A stretch of DNA of 64,000 bases from the human T2T-CHM13v2.0 reference genome, Homo sapiens: assembly GCF_009914755.1 (NCBI RefSeq), contig NC_060942.1; one strand, written 5' to 3'. The notes under the pieces are model-generated. The model saw only the letters and a list, made by a program, of their open reading frames with translations, was not told the DNA's origin and made no database searches. The position numbers and the translations under genes are program-made. Below are positions 28,322-41,740 of the stretch, piece after piece (the first letter of the stretch is position 1; each line of letters opens with the position of its first letter).

Positions 28322-29883
28322 CACTTCCTCTCTATGTCTTAGCTGTTGACAAATCATAAAACATTCAAAGCTGTTTTGGGAGTGAACATGCCTCAAGTTA
28401 CTACATAGTTGCTTACATGGGAACCCATTCTCTGGGTGATAGAGCTTGGAGAGACCCCCAGGCTCCAGGGCAGTTTCCAATGGAGGATTCAAGACTTTCC
28501 TTTGATGTCATCAGAAATGAGACCAGTTCCAGCCATATCATGCGTGTCCTCCTGATTCAAGTGCTTCAAATCCCTCATACTCTCCACCATGACTTTTCTC
28601 TCCCTTGCAAAAGAATTCAACAGGCTTTCAAGCAGAACAGACAAAAATTAGGCCCTCTTCACTCAAAAGAAAACCATTTATAACCACCAACTTTCCATCC
28701 TCCAATACCAGGACTTATCATTCTCAGCACATTTTGAAAACCATGTTAAATTTGTTATAAATGGTTAACATTGTATAGGCTTTAAAACATGGTTATTTAT
28801 ATAAACAGAATATTATCTTCTTTGAATTGATAGTGATAAATTTGCTATTTAGGATTTCTCATTCAAATTAATGCCACGTTCACATCATGAAAGCAATGTT
28901 GGTTAAGGCATCAGCTAAGACATAAACACGTCCTGATTGTACTGAACAGGCAACAATGGACTGGGTGCCTACTATTTGTCTGCTATTTAGCCACCCTTGT
29001 AAATATTCTCTGTGTCCAAACACTAGATGACACTGAATAAAGAGTAGTCTCCCATTTTCCATTTTCCCAATGAGAATTTTCTCTTAAAAAAGGTTGGGCC
29101 AATTTGAATATATATTATTTTAGGAATGTATATAAAACATTCAAATGTCTGCTCTTAGTATTTATTAATTTATCCATACATATTTACAATTGTCTACAAT
29201 AGAAAATAAAGTTGTTAGCTTAGAAATATTGGTTATTTCCCACATTGACATATCACAAAATTATTGTGTTCAAACCCTTCACGTGCATTTTTGACGTCAG
29301 TGCCAGCATCGTAATTGAAGCCACTTTTTGAGGTTACTGACAGTTCTTCAGAGCACATAATGTTTATGTCCATCTAAGTTGCATGTGCTATGGTCCTTTT
29401 AAATTATTTTCTTTGAACTCAGGTAAAAAAAGATAGGTTAATCATTTTCCTTGTTTCTTACTCTATCATCATCATTCTGCACAAGGCCCTTCTCTTGGCT
29501 TTATTTTTCCCCTTCACTCTTAATCCCAGCACATTCTTCTCCTTCCCACTGGCGTCCACACTAGTGTGTTTAATATGTGTCCTTCAATATTTATTTATTC
29601 TTGGGAAAGTAGTATTGTTGTGGGTTTGTGTTTTCAATCAGATAGTGTTACACTACAAAATTTCTCTTTGTGGCTGATGTTTCGTCACTCAATATTTGGT
29701 CTTGCAGATCCATTTATGTTGCTATAAAACATCTAGGGTTTCCTCCTAACTCCTCAAACATCTAGTTGTTCAGATTCCTCAATATGCCCTTACTAAGGTT
29801 GTCAGATAAAATATAGGATGCCTAATTGAATTTGAATTTCAGATAAACAACAAATGATTCAGATGTGCAATATTTGGGGCATA

Positions 29884-30556
29884 AGGGAATTAACACAGGA
29901 ACAGAAAACCAAATACCAAATGTTCTCCCTTATTAGTGGGATATAAACATTGAGTACACATAGACATAAAGATAGGAACAATAGACACTACTAAAGGGGG
30001 AAGAGAGGAAAGCAGGGAAAAGGTGAAAAACTACCTGTATCAGTCCATTCTCACTGCTAATAAAGACATAGTCAAGACTGGGTAATTTATAAACGAAAAA
30101 GGTTTAAGTGACTCACAGTTTGGCATGGCTGAGAAGGCCTCAGGAAACTTACAATCATGGCAGAAGGGGAAGAAAACACATCCTTCTTCACATGGTGGCA
30201 GCAAGGAGAAGAATTAAGAGCCAAGTGAAGAGGAAAGACCCTTATAAAACCATCAGATCTCATGAAAACTTACTCATTATCACTAGAACAGTATGGGGGA
30301 GACTGCCCCCATGATTCAATTATCTCCACCTAGTCCCTCCCAGGACACGTGGGGATTATGGGAACGATAATTCAAGATGAGATTTGGATGGGGACTCAGC
30401 CAAACCATATCACTACCTATTGTGCACTGTGCTCACTACCTGGGTGATGGGATCATTCATACCCCAAACCTCAGTATAATGCGATATACCCATGCAACAA
30501 ATCTGCACATGTACCCTCTGAATCTAAAATAAAAGTGAAATTTAAAAAAAAATTTA
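29884..30556 (+). mobile_element. 5'-truncated L1 3' end (L1PA15/16-like), interrupted by THE1
   Basis: acagaaaaccaaatacc...gaaaaactacc|tattgtgcactgtgctcactacctgggtgatgg...gaatctaaaataaaagt; TSD aatatttggggcata / aatacttgggacaca. Confidence 0.9.
30036..30412 (-). mobile_element. THE1 (THE1B/C-like) solo MaLR LTR with 5-bp TSD
   Basis: tgtatcagtccattctcactgctaataaagacat...caagatgagatttggatggggactcagccaaaccatatca; TSD ctacc at 30031-35 and 30413-17. Confidence 0.95.
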
Positions 30557-31446
30557 AATACTTGGGACACACTTGCATTAAAACATTATTATCTTTCTAA
30601 AATTGAAACTTAACTGGGCCTCCTGTATGGTATCTGGTACATTTGGCAACCCTCAGCCCTATTCCACATTGCTTATTCATTCTCTCAGTGATGGAAGCAC
30701 AGCCTGCCCGGTCTCCTGACTCTAGCAAACAATGCTACAATACACGTCCCCATACAGGTTCCTTAGGAAGCTGAAATATAACCAGTTTACTTTCCAGATG
30801 GTCGCACTAGTTAACATGATCACGAGCAGTGCCAAGGGGTCCCATCTCCCCACATTCTTGGTATTATCTACCTTTCAATGTTGCCTTCAGGTATAAATTG
30901 AGAAATATAATACTGTTTAAATGTGTGGATAGAATTTTATCCTAAGCCTCAAGTACCAATGATCTGCAATGCCACCTCTATCCTATATCAAGTTTCCATG
31001 AGCCTGTTTCTGGACTCCCTATTTTATTCCATTGGACAAAATTGTCCCTGGGCTCTTTCTTTTGCTTCATTGGTCAATTCATTTACCTCTACACCATTTC
31101 CATACTATCTTAATATAGCTTGTAATAAGAGACAATCACCATCTAGCAGGATAAATTCATCTAACTTACTGTTTTCCAGAAGTGCCTTGCCTATTTGGTC
31201 CTTTTGTATGCATTCATATAAGTATTAGAATACATGTTGGCATTTTCAGTTTGGAAAAAACTGACATCATTGTGAGTTTTCTGCATATGAGTCCTGCACA
31301 GTTTTTGGTAGATTTATTCTATCAAGTAATGGAAAGGTACCTTTTAACTACTTTTGCTATTGTACATTTTTAAAATTTTGCCTTCAATTGTGACTTTTAT
31401 GTAGAAATATAATTAAGTATTTTTCTTTTTTTTTTTTTTTTAGCAG

Positions 31447-31917
31447 TGTGGTAGGCAAATAATGGCCCACCCAAAGATATCCACAAGTCTCCAGGACCTG
31501 TGAATATGTTTTCTTACATGCATGGCAAAAGGGACTTTGCATATGGGATTAAGGTTAAAGGCCTTGAGATGGGGAGGTTATCCTGGATTAGATGCAAGAG
31601 CCCAATTCAGTACATGCTTCCTTAAAAGCAAAGAGCATTTCCAACTGTCATCAGAGGGATCTGTCACTTCAGAAGGAGGTTTGGAAGGTGGACGAATCAG
31701 GGCACCAGTCAAGGAATGTGAGTGGCCTCTAGAAGCTGGACAACAGATCCTCCACTGGAGCCCCTGGAAAGCAACATGACTGGCAACACCTTGATGTTAG
31801 CCCAGAGAGGCCTGTGTTGAACTTCTAACCTACAGTACTGTAATAATTCAAATGTTTTCTGTCTTAAGCCATCAAGTTCATGTCACTTTGTTACCGCAGC
31901 AATAGAAAACAAATACA
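31447..31917 (+). mobile_element. MLT1D-like solo LTR
   Basis: tgtggtaggcaaataatggccc...gggactttgca...gattaaggttaa...gcagcaatagaaaacaaataca. Confidence 0.88.
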
Positions 31918-31929
31918 TTTAGTATTCTT

Positions 31930-32228
31930 TTTTTTTTTTTTTTTTTTTGAAACAGCAGTCTCGCTCTGTCGCCCAGGCCGGAGTGCAGTGGCATGATCTC
32001 AGCTCACTGCAACCTCCGCCTCCCGGGTTCAAGCAATTCTCTGCCTCAGCCTCCCAAGTAGCTGGGATTACAGGTGCCCGCCACCACAACAGGCTAATTT
32101 TTGTATTTTTAGTAGAAATGGAGTTTCACCATCTTGGCCAGGCTGGTCTCAAATTCCTGACCTCGTGATCCACTCGCCTCAGCCTCCCAAAGTGCTGCAA
32201 TTACAGGCATGAGCCACCGCACCCGACC
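31930..32228 (-). mobile_element. AluSg-like with 15-bp TSD
   Basis: cctgacctcgtgatcc; TSD ac(a/g)tttagtattctt at 31915-31929 and 32229-32243. Confidence 0.95.
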
Positions 32229-32329
32229 ACGTTTAGTATTCTTGCCTTCTTGCTAAATTTTCATTTGCTTAAAGTTTCACATTATTCCTAATAAGTTGTT
32301 GTTGTTGTTGTTTTATTGTGGTGGTAGTT

Positions 32330-33780
32330 TGTCTAATACTTATGCATCTACTTATTTTACTGCACTGGCTAGGACCCTCAAAGTTGAGGAGAAGTAATGA
32401 TAGTTGATTTCCTTGGCTTATTCCCAATTTTAAGGAAATATCTCCAACATTCCTTCTACTGAGAATGATGTTTTGGTAGACACCATTTATCAGGTTAAGA
32501 CGTTCCCTTACTGTCCTAAATTTTTAAAGTATCTTTTCACTTTGTTTCAATCCTAAGTGTCTGTTGAATTTTTGTCATCTTTTAAGATGATATGATTTCT
32601 TTTTAATCAGGTAATAAATTGTATTTATAAGTGTTCTTATACTTAACCACCTTTCAGTCCAAGAATAAATGCAATTTACTCATGGTTGATTATGTTTCTG
32701 TCCCTTACTTCATTTAGTTAGCTATTAGATTTAATTTGCTATTAGAATCTTCCTATTAATGCTCATGCATGAGAGTGGCCTGTAATTTTCCTTTCTAGGA
32801 CCATCCTTGATACGTTTTGTTGTCAAGGTTGTATTCATCTCATAGATTGGGTTGGAGAATATTCACTCTTTTTATGTGGTCTACAAGACTTCATATAAAA
32901 CTTAAATATCTTTTCCATTTACTATATGGTAGAATTTCACCTGTAAAACTATCTAGAACTGGCACTTATCTTTTGTGAAAATTTTAACTAAAGGTTCATT
33001 TATTTACCAATTGTACAAGTATTCTGATTTTCTGTTTATTCTTAACTATTATTTTCCCAGAATGTGTCCATTTTGTCTAAATTTTCCATTTTTACTGGCA
33101 TACTCTTAGTATACCTTGTAATCTATGCTTTATCTAAAGTTATAGAACTATTTTTAATATCTCTATTATTTTTATCAGTGACCTCTGTCATTTTTCTTAG
33201 TCTTGTCAGAGATTTTTAAATTTTCCAATTCTTTCAAGAACTGTCATGTTAATCCTATGTGTTGTATTTCTGTTTTCCATTTATTGATTTCTGCTCTCAT
33301 CTTTGTCTTCTTTCTACTTTCATTATGTTTGTTCTCTTTTATCTCTGATTTTTTAAGCAGAATGTTGCTCTTTATCAGTCTTCCTTCCTGTTACAAGCTT
33401 TTAAGATTATAAGTTTCCCTTAAAGTATTAGTTTCATTTTACCCTGCAAATTGTGATACACTATGTTTCCATTACTTTCCAAATCTAAGTGTTTCTTTTA
33501 TCTCCATGATGATTTATTCCCAGACCCATAGATTATTTAGTAGAGTAATTTTTAATTTTTAAGATATGAGAATTTTTATTATTAATGGTGTTGACTTCTA
33601 ATTGCATTTTTAACTTTATTGGAATGTAATTTACAATACTATTAAATTTACCCAAGATAAATGTAGAATTCAATGATTTTTAGTAAATGTATAGAATTGT
33701 CAACCAGCACTACAATTCACTTTTAGAACATTTCCATCGCTCCAGAAGATACCCCTCATATCCATTTGCAGTCAAGCTGA
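32330..33780 (-). mobile_element. Ancient L1M ORF2/3' fossils
   Basis: tgcactggctaggaccctca...catttatcaggttaag...gagagtggcctgtaattttcc...; separate L1 3' end at ~33607-33780 (ttttagaacatttccatc). Confidence 0.65.
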
Positions 33781-33856
33781 AATGGCACTTTAATCAAAAA
33801 ATATGTTCTACATGATACTGATTCTTTGAAACTTATCGATAGCTGCTTTATGGCCT

Positions 33857-34042
33857 GGATCTGCACTGCCTAATACTATAGCCATGACACATGTGATTAT
33901 TTACATTTAAATAAGCTAAATAAAATTAGAAATTAAGTTCTTCGACCTCACTAAGCACACTTGAAGTGCTCATTAGCCACATGTATCGCACAGCACAGCT
34001 CCAGAAATTTATCATTTAGGAAGTTCTATTGGACAACATTGG
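33857..34042. mobile_element. MER3 hAT-Charlie MITE
   Basis: ctgcactgcctaatactatagcc...aagtgctcattagccacatgt...aagttctattggacaacattg. Confidence 0.75.
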
Positions 34043-34869
34043 CCCAGATATGTCTTTCAGTTCTCTTTTTAGTTGGTCTACTCTGCTATTTAACCGACCT
34101 ATTGAGTATTTCCTTTCATTAAACATTCCATCATAGCTTTTCTATGGTCTTTAACAACTTCAATATTTACTGTGCTCATGGGTCTGAATCTCTTATATGT
34201 GTGTCTGATGACAGTCACTCATGATAGTTGTCCCCTGGTGTGTTTAGTGATTTTTTTTCTGGTGAACTCAATGCTCAATTTCAATGTGTGAGAATTCTAT
34301 GAGCCTAAATTGGAGATGGTTTCCTGCAAAAAGGATTTAGCTCTGCTTCTCTGTCATCTACAGGGCACCAGTGACAAAGGACCACTGCTGCCCTCCCTAA
34401 GAATATTGGCTCAAAGCCCCAGGCTCATTGACCTTATGGACACAGACCCAGAACATGCCCACCACTGCTCGTTACTCCAAGCTCCCACCTTAGCTCATGT
34501 TAAGTCATTTGGAGAAGATGGGGGTTTCCTCAGGCATCTCTGCAATCTTTTATCAGCCCAACCATTTGCCAACAGCTGTGTCCTATTGGGATTGAATTGT
34601 TCTACAAAGAACCCTCAGAGTACCCAGTCCACCATACTGCCAAAATTAGATTAGGAGACCTCCATGAGAAACCCAAATTGGTATTGATAGAATTTATTTT
34701 AGGTTTATATGGCTTCCTTAAGTAGCATTTCTTTTCAGGATAAAACAATTGAGGGAGAACATCAGAAAAGATTTTGTAAAGATTTGAACAGAAGGCAATT
34801 ATCTCTTTTGTGAGGGAAAAACATGTCGCATCATATTTAGACTATATGGAACATTTTTTAACTATAGGA

Positions 34870-35105
34870 GCCAGCACAGTGTAGTGGAAAGAGTTTCAAA
34901 ATAGGCTTTGAAGTCATATAGTCCTAAACACCCATTTCAATATTATCACTCAGTAGCTGCATGCTTTATGCAAGTACCTTAATCTGGGCCTCAGTTTCTC
35001 CATTTCTGCAAATGAAAATTATAGGATATGCCTATCAGAGTGAGGAAGATTGAAGACTAGTGACAAAGAACCTGGCATATAGGATAATTCAGTAGAAGCT
35101 GCTAA
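34870..35105 (+). mobile_element. MIR
   Basis: gtgtagtggaaagag...ggctttgaagtca...tgggcctcagtttctccatttctgcaaatg...cctggcatatag. Confidence 0.75.
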
Positions 35106-38100
35106 CTCTGAGGGTAAAGATGGTGATGAGTAACAAAGCATGGAGGCAGACATTCTTATTGCATTTGGTAGATAAGAGGCTCTAAGAAGGCACATTCCAA
35201 TAATAATGATGCAATGAATTCATATGAAATTTTGTACTTCTCAAAGTTCTGAATGATAGTAGCCCTGCACTTCCTGTATAGGCACCCCAAGGCTATGGGA
35301 TAGCCAAGGAGCCATTGTTTGCCAGACTTATGAATGGAGCCTAAATGTATGATCTGTGGTGTTTGCTTATAGTCCCTCCTGGTGCAGGGCCAGACTAGGA
35401 GAGTGGAAAGAAGGGGTGTGCAGCAGGCTTGGGGTGACTCTCCCTGCTCCACTGCCTTCCAGCAAAGAACTTCCTGAAGTTCAAGAATCCTAAACTTGAA
35501 ACTTGTCTACAGAGTCTAGGAAGGAATACTTGTCAGAGCAAGTGGATAGAGCATATTTTATTTAACAGTATGTTTAACATTTGGATATAAGGCCTGTGGG
35601 CCTCCATTTGTTCTCTTGCCCAGGCTTCACAAATATTAGTGGCAGAAATATTGTTGTGTGTGTGCATGTGTGTGCCTACCTTTGGGGAAAGCAGTTGTGC
35701 TCTTCTGTGCAAAAAGAGAAGCTGTCTACCCCCAAGCCATGGGTTACTGATGAGGGGTTGAGGACGGCAGAGATGAGGGGATGGCAGCTTATGCCTACAC
35801 TATTTCATCCCATGGTAAACTTTAGCATTCCCAACATGCAACTATGTGCAAGGTTTAGATCTCTGTTTTTTCATTACAGGCTTAGCTGCATGACTTCCTG
35901 GCCCACGTCTCACTTCAGTCTGAGATACTGAGATAGGTTCAGGCTCAGGCATACTGTAAGCTGTGAGGATGTGAGGGTATGCATTCTACCTGGCTCCAGG
36001 AGCCCCACCTTTTCTGGTTCCATGGCTCATCAGTACACTCTCGCATTGACCAGGCTGAGCAGGTGCACACATAAGTCTTCTCCCGTCTCCTCTGAAAAGC
36101 ATCCCCTCATCAGTGAAAGCCCAGTGACTTCTCCCTGGGCATGAGTTACCCATATCTCTTACCTGAAACCATTTGCCAACTGGGTTAGTGGTTTTCATAC
36201 ATATTAGCCTGCGAATAGGAATCAATCAGAAGAATTTTTTAAACAATTTTCAGATCTTATCTTCAGGGATTTTGATTCACTAAGAGGTCAGAAGTAGAGC
36301 CAGGGAATTGTTTTGTCATTTCTTTTGCATTTGCTGGTGTGTGTGTACGATCTGTGTATGCATGCATACATGTGTGGATGTGTGTGATTAAGCTTCACCA
36401 GATGAGCTGACACAGCCAGGATTGAGAATCTTGGATTTCAACTCTGTTTCTTCTTATATGCATATGCCTTATTTTCTTAAGTAGATCTTAAGCTCCTAGG
36501 AGCAGAACTTGTTTTTCACATGGTTTGTAACCCACTCAGCACCTGGCAGCATGCAATGTGTTTAGCACAGATGCCACAAAAGTACCTTGCATGGAACCTG
36601 GATATTCCAGGGCAGGAGCAGAAGAAATTGAGCATTACTACACTCGCATGCTATTCACAATGTCACCTGTGGTCACTGTCTCCTCTTCAGTTCTTTGCAC
36701 CCTAGGGCTATGGTGCTGAAAACCCTCAGACCTGTGGACGTCATAACCTTTCACAACTTGCAGCACATTGGCAGCTTTAAACTCAACCTCTCCAACAGCT
36801 CTTTGTTTTGTTTGCTTGTTGAGCTGAGTTTAAATCCAAATTCAACCGTGAATCATTAAAAGGGGGATTTTTCTTAAAACCAATGATTGGTCTTTGGACA
36901 ACTGGCAGCCCTGACCCCTGCTTGAGCCACGTTAATTTCAGCAAGAGTTGTTAGGGACGGAGGCAAGCCAGCTGGGGCTGCCAGCTTTTAACTCCTGCTC
37001 AGGGGGCTTAAAGAGGTAGTCCCAAGGTTCCTGCAGCCCTGTCCTTCTTTAAAATCAATGAAAAAGATCAAAAATGTAAAAACTTATTGTAGGAAAAATA
37101 CCATCTAGTTCTCACTTTTTGCATGGGCAGCTTTGCTTTTCGCTGGGCATGTGGGAGACAATGCCCCCACCTGAATCTGATACAGGGGAATGATTTGAGA
37201 CATTTCACTTAGGTGAGAACCTTTTGTTAACCAGAAAATTGGTCCCTTTGCCTCCCTGTTTTTTTTATATATAAGTATGCTTTACTTCCTCTATTTTTTT
37301 CTTAAATGGCACTTATACATACACCTTATTGATGTTTTATTCATGTGGACAAACTGCTTCCATTATGTGAATGTACAATAGCTGGAAGTCAATGGGAATC
37401 AAACAGCTAAAGCTTTATGCAGTGCTTTAAAAATTGCAGGACTGATAATAACAACTTATGAGGCTGCCAGTGTTGAGATAGAGTCGGTCAGACTTTGGAC
37501 TTCCATGTACACTGTACGTATTCATCTTCAAACTCTCAGTGAAGACCCATCCCCTTCTGTTTCCATAAATACAATGAACCTAAGATCTGTGCAAGAGGAA
37601 AGCACACAGTCCTCATTTTTCCTTCCCTGTAACATCAGAAAAGGCAAGTAGAATTGGCCATCTGTGCGCTGGGAGTGCCTGCTATGTGTAAGGCGTTATG
37701 CTGGACATAGAGCTGATAAGGCAAGACTCTTACCCTCAAGTCACCCCCTAGAGAAAAGGCACTCATTTCATTCACCCTGTGAGAGCTCAGGAGAGAAGAT
37801 AATGGGTCCAGTTCACCAGGGCAGAAAATCCAGAGCTGCAACATGGGCACTACATAATAACTTTCTCAAAAAAACTCTTCTCAACTGTGTAGGAAGGAGA
37901 AACATGGAATGTCCACCTAAAAGTACAAGGCAAGCATACAAAGGGGATGGAAAAAACGACTGCAATTCATAAGGAATAAAATGACAGAGTTTTAAAGCTC
38001 ATGAGAGCAAATTAGGTTGTTTAATCAAGAGTTACCTGCACATATTTATTTGATTGTGGTGTACTCAAATAAATTACAACCCTTTGTTAGAAAAACTGTA

Positions 38101-39179
38101 AGAGCTATTGCACCTAATATCTCTGATATGTATCTTTAAACCTACCCTGGTCAGCCACCCCTGACTCTGCCAGCCCAGTCACCTGGCCTCAGAGCTCTTG
38201 TCTCTGCCTGACCCACAATCCTCTACAGGACTCCTCTGTTTACAGGCACTCCCACCCATAGGCTCATGCAGGCCCAATGTCTTGCATTCCTTCATTCCCT
38301 CTGAAAACAAACAAACAAACATGTATTGATTGAGTTAGTTACTTTTATGCAGCTGCATTGATTTTTCACTTGTTTGATTTTCTTTTTGTATGCTTATGTC
38401 TTTTTTATGTATATCAAGTACCTGTACATCAAGCACTGGGTTGTTAGATCTTCAAGAGTAGAAACATGTTCCCCCCCTTTTTTTTACATCTCTCCCACAG
38501 CACTAAATATTATTAGTTGGCTAAAGGAGAGATTAATTTAAGGCTAGAAAATAAGCCTACTAAGAGAATTAATTATAGAGGTGGGGACGAGTAACTGCAC
38601 TTCAGCATGTGAAACCTGATTATGTGCAAATAAATGGAAACAACATATTTTTTATTAACCTACACTGGGAGTGAAGGAAAGGAGATGAGGATCCCAGGCT
38701 GAAAACAAACAACAACAAAAAAAAACAGCACCCTTAGAATTAAGCCTCTACTACTCTGATTTCAACAAAAATTATTGCTCAGAGAGCTAAAATTTTAAAT
38801 AGTAATCCCCAAAAACTAAGTGTTAGAGTTGTAAAGGTATCCTTTGCTAGGCTGTGGTTGCTGGTATCCAGGCCCTAAAGAAACTTAACAACCTCTGGCA
38901 AGATGCTTATACATGCCAGTCCATTTCAGCCTCCACCATGATGACTGCTTAAAATGGAAGCAGTATATCCAGACCTCCAGCCAGAAATGAATACATGTAG
39001 CACGGATATGTGCACCTGCAAGCTGGTATGGAAGCCACTGTCATGCCTGAGTCTTCCTCTTTGAATCTCATTCTCTCTATCTGATCGCCTGTTCCTGGTT
39101 GATCATCCTTTTTCACCTACCACTCTGGATGCCTTCTCAGGCCGATTGTTGGATACAGTCCCCTCCACACACAGAAGCA

Positions 39180-39545
39180 GTAGATAGAATGACAGATGGA
39201 CGGACAGACGGATGGATGGATGGATGGATAGACGGATGGATGGGCAGGTAGACAGAGAGATACATACATATGTAGGCAGGCAGACAAATAGATACATACA
39301 TACATACATACGTAGAGAGATACATACATACATAGGTAGATAGATACATACATAGGTAGGTCAGATAGGATAGATAGATACACATAGATAGGTTGATCAT
39401 AGGTACATAGATAGGTAGACAGGTAGGTAGGTAGATACATACATACATACATAGATCACATAGGTAGATAATAGATACATAGGTAGGTAGGTAGGTAGGT
39501 AGGTAGGTAGGTAGGTAGGTAGGTAGACAGACAGACGAATAAATA
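39180..39545. repeat. Compound tetranucleotide microsatellite (GATA/GGAT/TACA/AGGT/GACA)
   Basis: Direct reading; pure (AGGT)~11 run at ~39481-39525. Confidence 0.97.
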
Positions 39546-41122
39546 GAACACACACAGTTGAGTTCCTCATCAGTATAAAGTTTCTCTGAAGACCTGTGTC
39601 CCTAGCAGCTGTTACAATTTGACATTCCATTAGCTCCCCTGGGTTCTTTCAAGGTATTTTTGTTCATCTACAGATGACTCCCACCCTTGACCTTCCTGAG
39701 CAAGGCACTTGAACCAACATTCAGCTATACAAGGCTGCTCATGTCAGCATCTTCCCAGTTTCTTGAGTTAGCTTTCCAGCAGTAAGATATTTATTAAAAT
39801 AATAGATAATATATCCCCAGAAAAAAAGGTCTTTGGAGAAAACAACTTCCTGATGAAGTAACTTCTTTTGTTTGGTTTTAGCTTTCAAAAAAAAAGGCAT
39901 TGGAGGGGGAGAGGTGATCTAGTTAGATACTCAGATAGTAAAAAATAAGGCAAATAAAAAAATGGACCATGAGCTTTCCAAATACAGAAACTTTTAGTGG
40001 GAGCCCGGGTCCAAGTAATAAAATTCTATATGAGCCTATCATTTTTGGCCCTTGTCTGACATAATATTTAACAGAACCTTCTCTTCCAAAGTCTAAAATG
40101 TCTTCTGGTATTATATTTTTCCCATTCTCTCCTTTCAGTCACCAGGATACTTTTTTATTTTCTAAAAGTGCCGTGGCCATTAGATCACAATTTTTCTCCT
40201 TATCACTTCCTTTGTCCATCCCTCCTTAATTCCAGCCAAGCATATCTCCTCTCTACTTCAGTCACCATACATATTGCCGTACCCTGAACTTCATCATGAC
40301 CAAGAATTCTATCACCTTCAAGATCTGCAACTCTAACTTGCTTTCAATTCTTTCACTTCTTTCCTCTCTTTAGTGACTCTCTTCATAGCAACCTGGCTTA
40401 TGCTCATATTTTTCTAGAGTAACCTCTCACAGATGAATGAGGGTCCTTCTTCCTAATGGCCAGTGCTCATCCTCCAAGATTTCTTTATAGCTGACATTGT
40501 GGAACAACCTGTTCTTAAAACTCTCTCCTCACTTAGTTTCCACCATCCAGTGAGTCCGTTTCCGTCCTGGCTTCTCCAGCTTCTCCAGCTTCTCCAGCTC
40601 AGACCTTTGCCCTGTTTGCTCTTGGCCTGCTTCCCCACTAAGTTCTCTCCACTGCCCTCTTCTCTTCGAACTCCTGTGCTATCCTATGGTGATCTCAAAT
40701 CTGCATTTCTCAACTCCTTTCTTAATACCAAATATGCATTTTCAACTCTTTGTTGGTGAACCTCCACCTGAAAAGCCATGGTGCCTTATACATAATTAGT
40801 GCTTATACTTACTATGCATTAATTATGCAAAAGGCCCCATGGCAGATACAAATTTGAAAAGATAAATCTTTGTGAGCTGCAGAGGGAATGATTGTGTGAG
40901 AGGGATGATGGTTAACCAGAGAGTGAAGTCTCATAGACCAGAGTTCATTGTTAGAGCCTTGAAAGGGCAAGTTCTAAAGTATGAATAAAAGAAAATGGGA
41001 GAAAATTGTGCCCCTAAATTTGGATTAGCTCTAAATTAGTTCTGGATACAACCCTGGAAGGTACTCAGATGGCCTGAAGGCACATACCAAATGCTTCATC
41101 AAAAGAAAACTGAGATATACAG

Positions 41123-41344
41123 CAGGGGGTAGCAAACTATACTACAGCCCATAGGCCAAGCCCGACCTGCTGAATGTTTTTGTAAATAAATCTTATTGGA
41201 ACATAGCCACATTCATCCATTTACATCTTGCCTATGGCTGCTTTTGGACTATAGGAGCAAAGCAGTTATGACTGATGCCACATGGCTCACAAACTGTCAA
41301 ATATTTACTCTCTGGCCCTTTAAGAAAATCTTTGCCAGCCCCTG
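41123..41344. mobile_element. MER58A hAT-Charlie MITE
   Basis: caggggg...gtttttgtaaataaa...ttggaacatagccac...aaatatttactctctggccctttaagaaaatctttgccagccctg; cagggg/cccctg termini. Confidence 0.9.
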
Positions 41345-41524
41345 CTGTACTGTATGGCAACCCCAACTTGCCTTATCTTCAATATCACCTGGAGTGTTCA
41401 TTAAGAGAATGCATTTCTAACCCCCAGCTCAGATCTAAGAATTTGAAGGTGCTACAGGTGATCCTTAGGATCAAGTCTGGGAAACCGTAACAGAGTTTTT
41501 AAATGCTTAATCCTTAGAATCTTA

Positions 41525-41740
41525 CAGCTTTGGATTTATATCTTGGCTCCACCATTTCTAATTACGTTACCTTGGGCAAGGTACTTAACCTCTGTGAGCT
41601 TCCATTTTCTTATTATAAAATAGGAAAACAAATATATCTTCTTCATAGAGCTGTTGTGAGGATTAAATGAGAAAAGCTTCATAAAAAGTGTGGTACCTGG
41701 TATCAGGATAGGGTTTTATCATCCACATCACCATTATTAT
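41525..41740 (+). mobile_element. MIR
   Basis: accttgggcaaggtacttaacctctgtgagcttccattttc...gttgtgaggattaaatgaga. Confidence 0.85.

Larger units (their letters stand above)
29794..30655. mobile_element. MER53 palindromic hAT MITE split by an L1 insertion (arms 29794-29883 and 30557-30655)
   Basis: Left ggttgtcagataaaaatatagga...aattgaatttgaatttcagataaacaac; right aaattgaaacttaactgggcctcctgtat...tggcaaccct; decayed 8-bp TSD gcccttac/gccctatt. Confidence 0.85.

Noticed and set aside
39103-39630. Overlapping MYVC/PTYL-rich ORFs
   Set aside because: Artefact of the tetranucleotide repeat.
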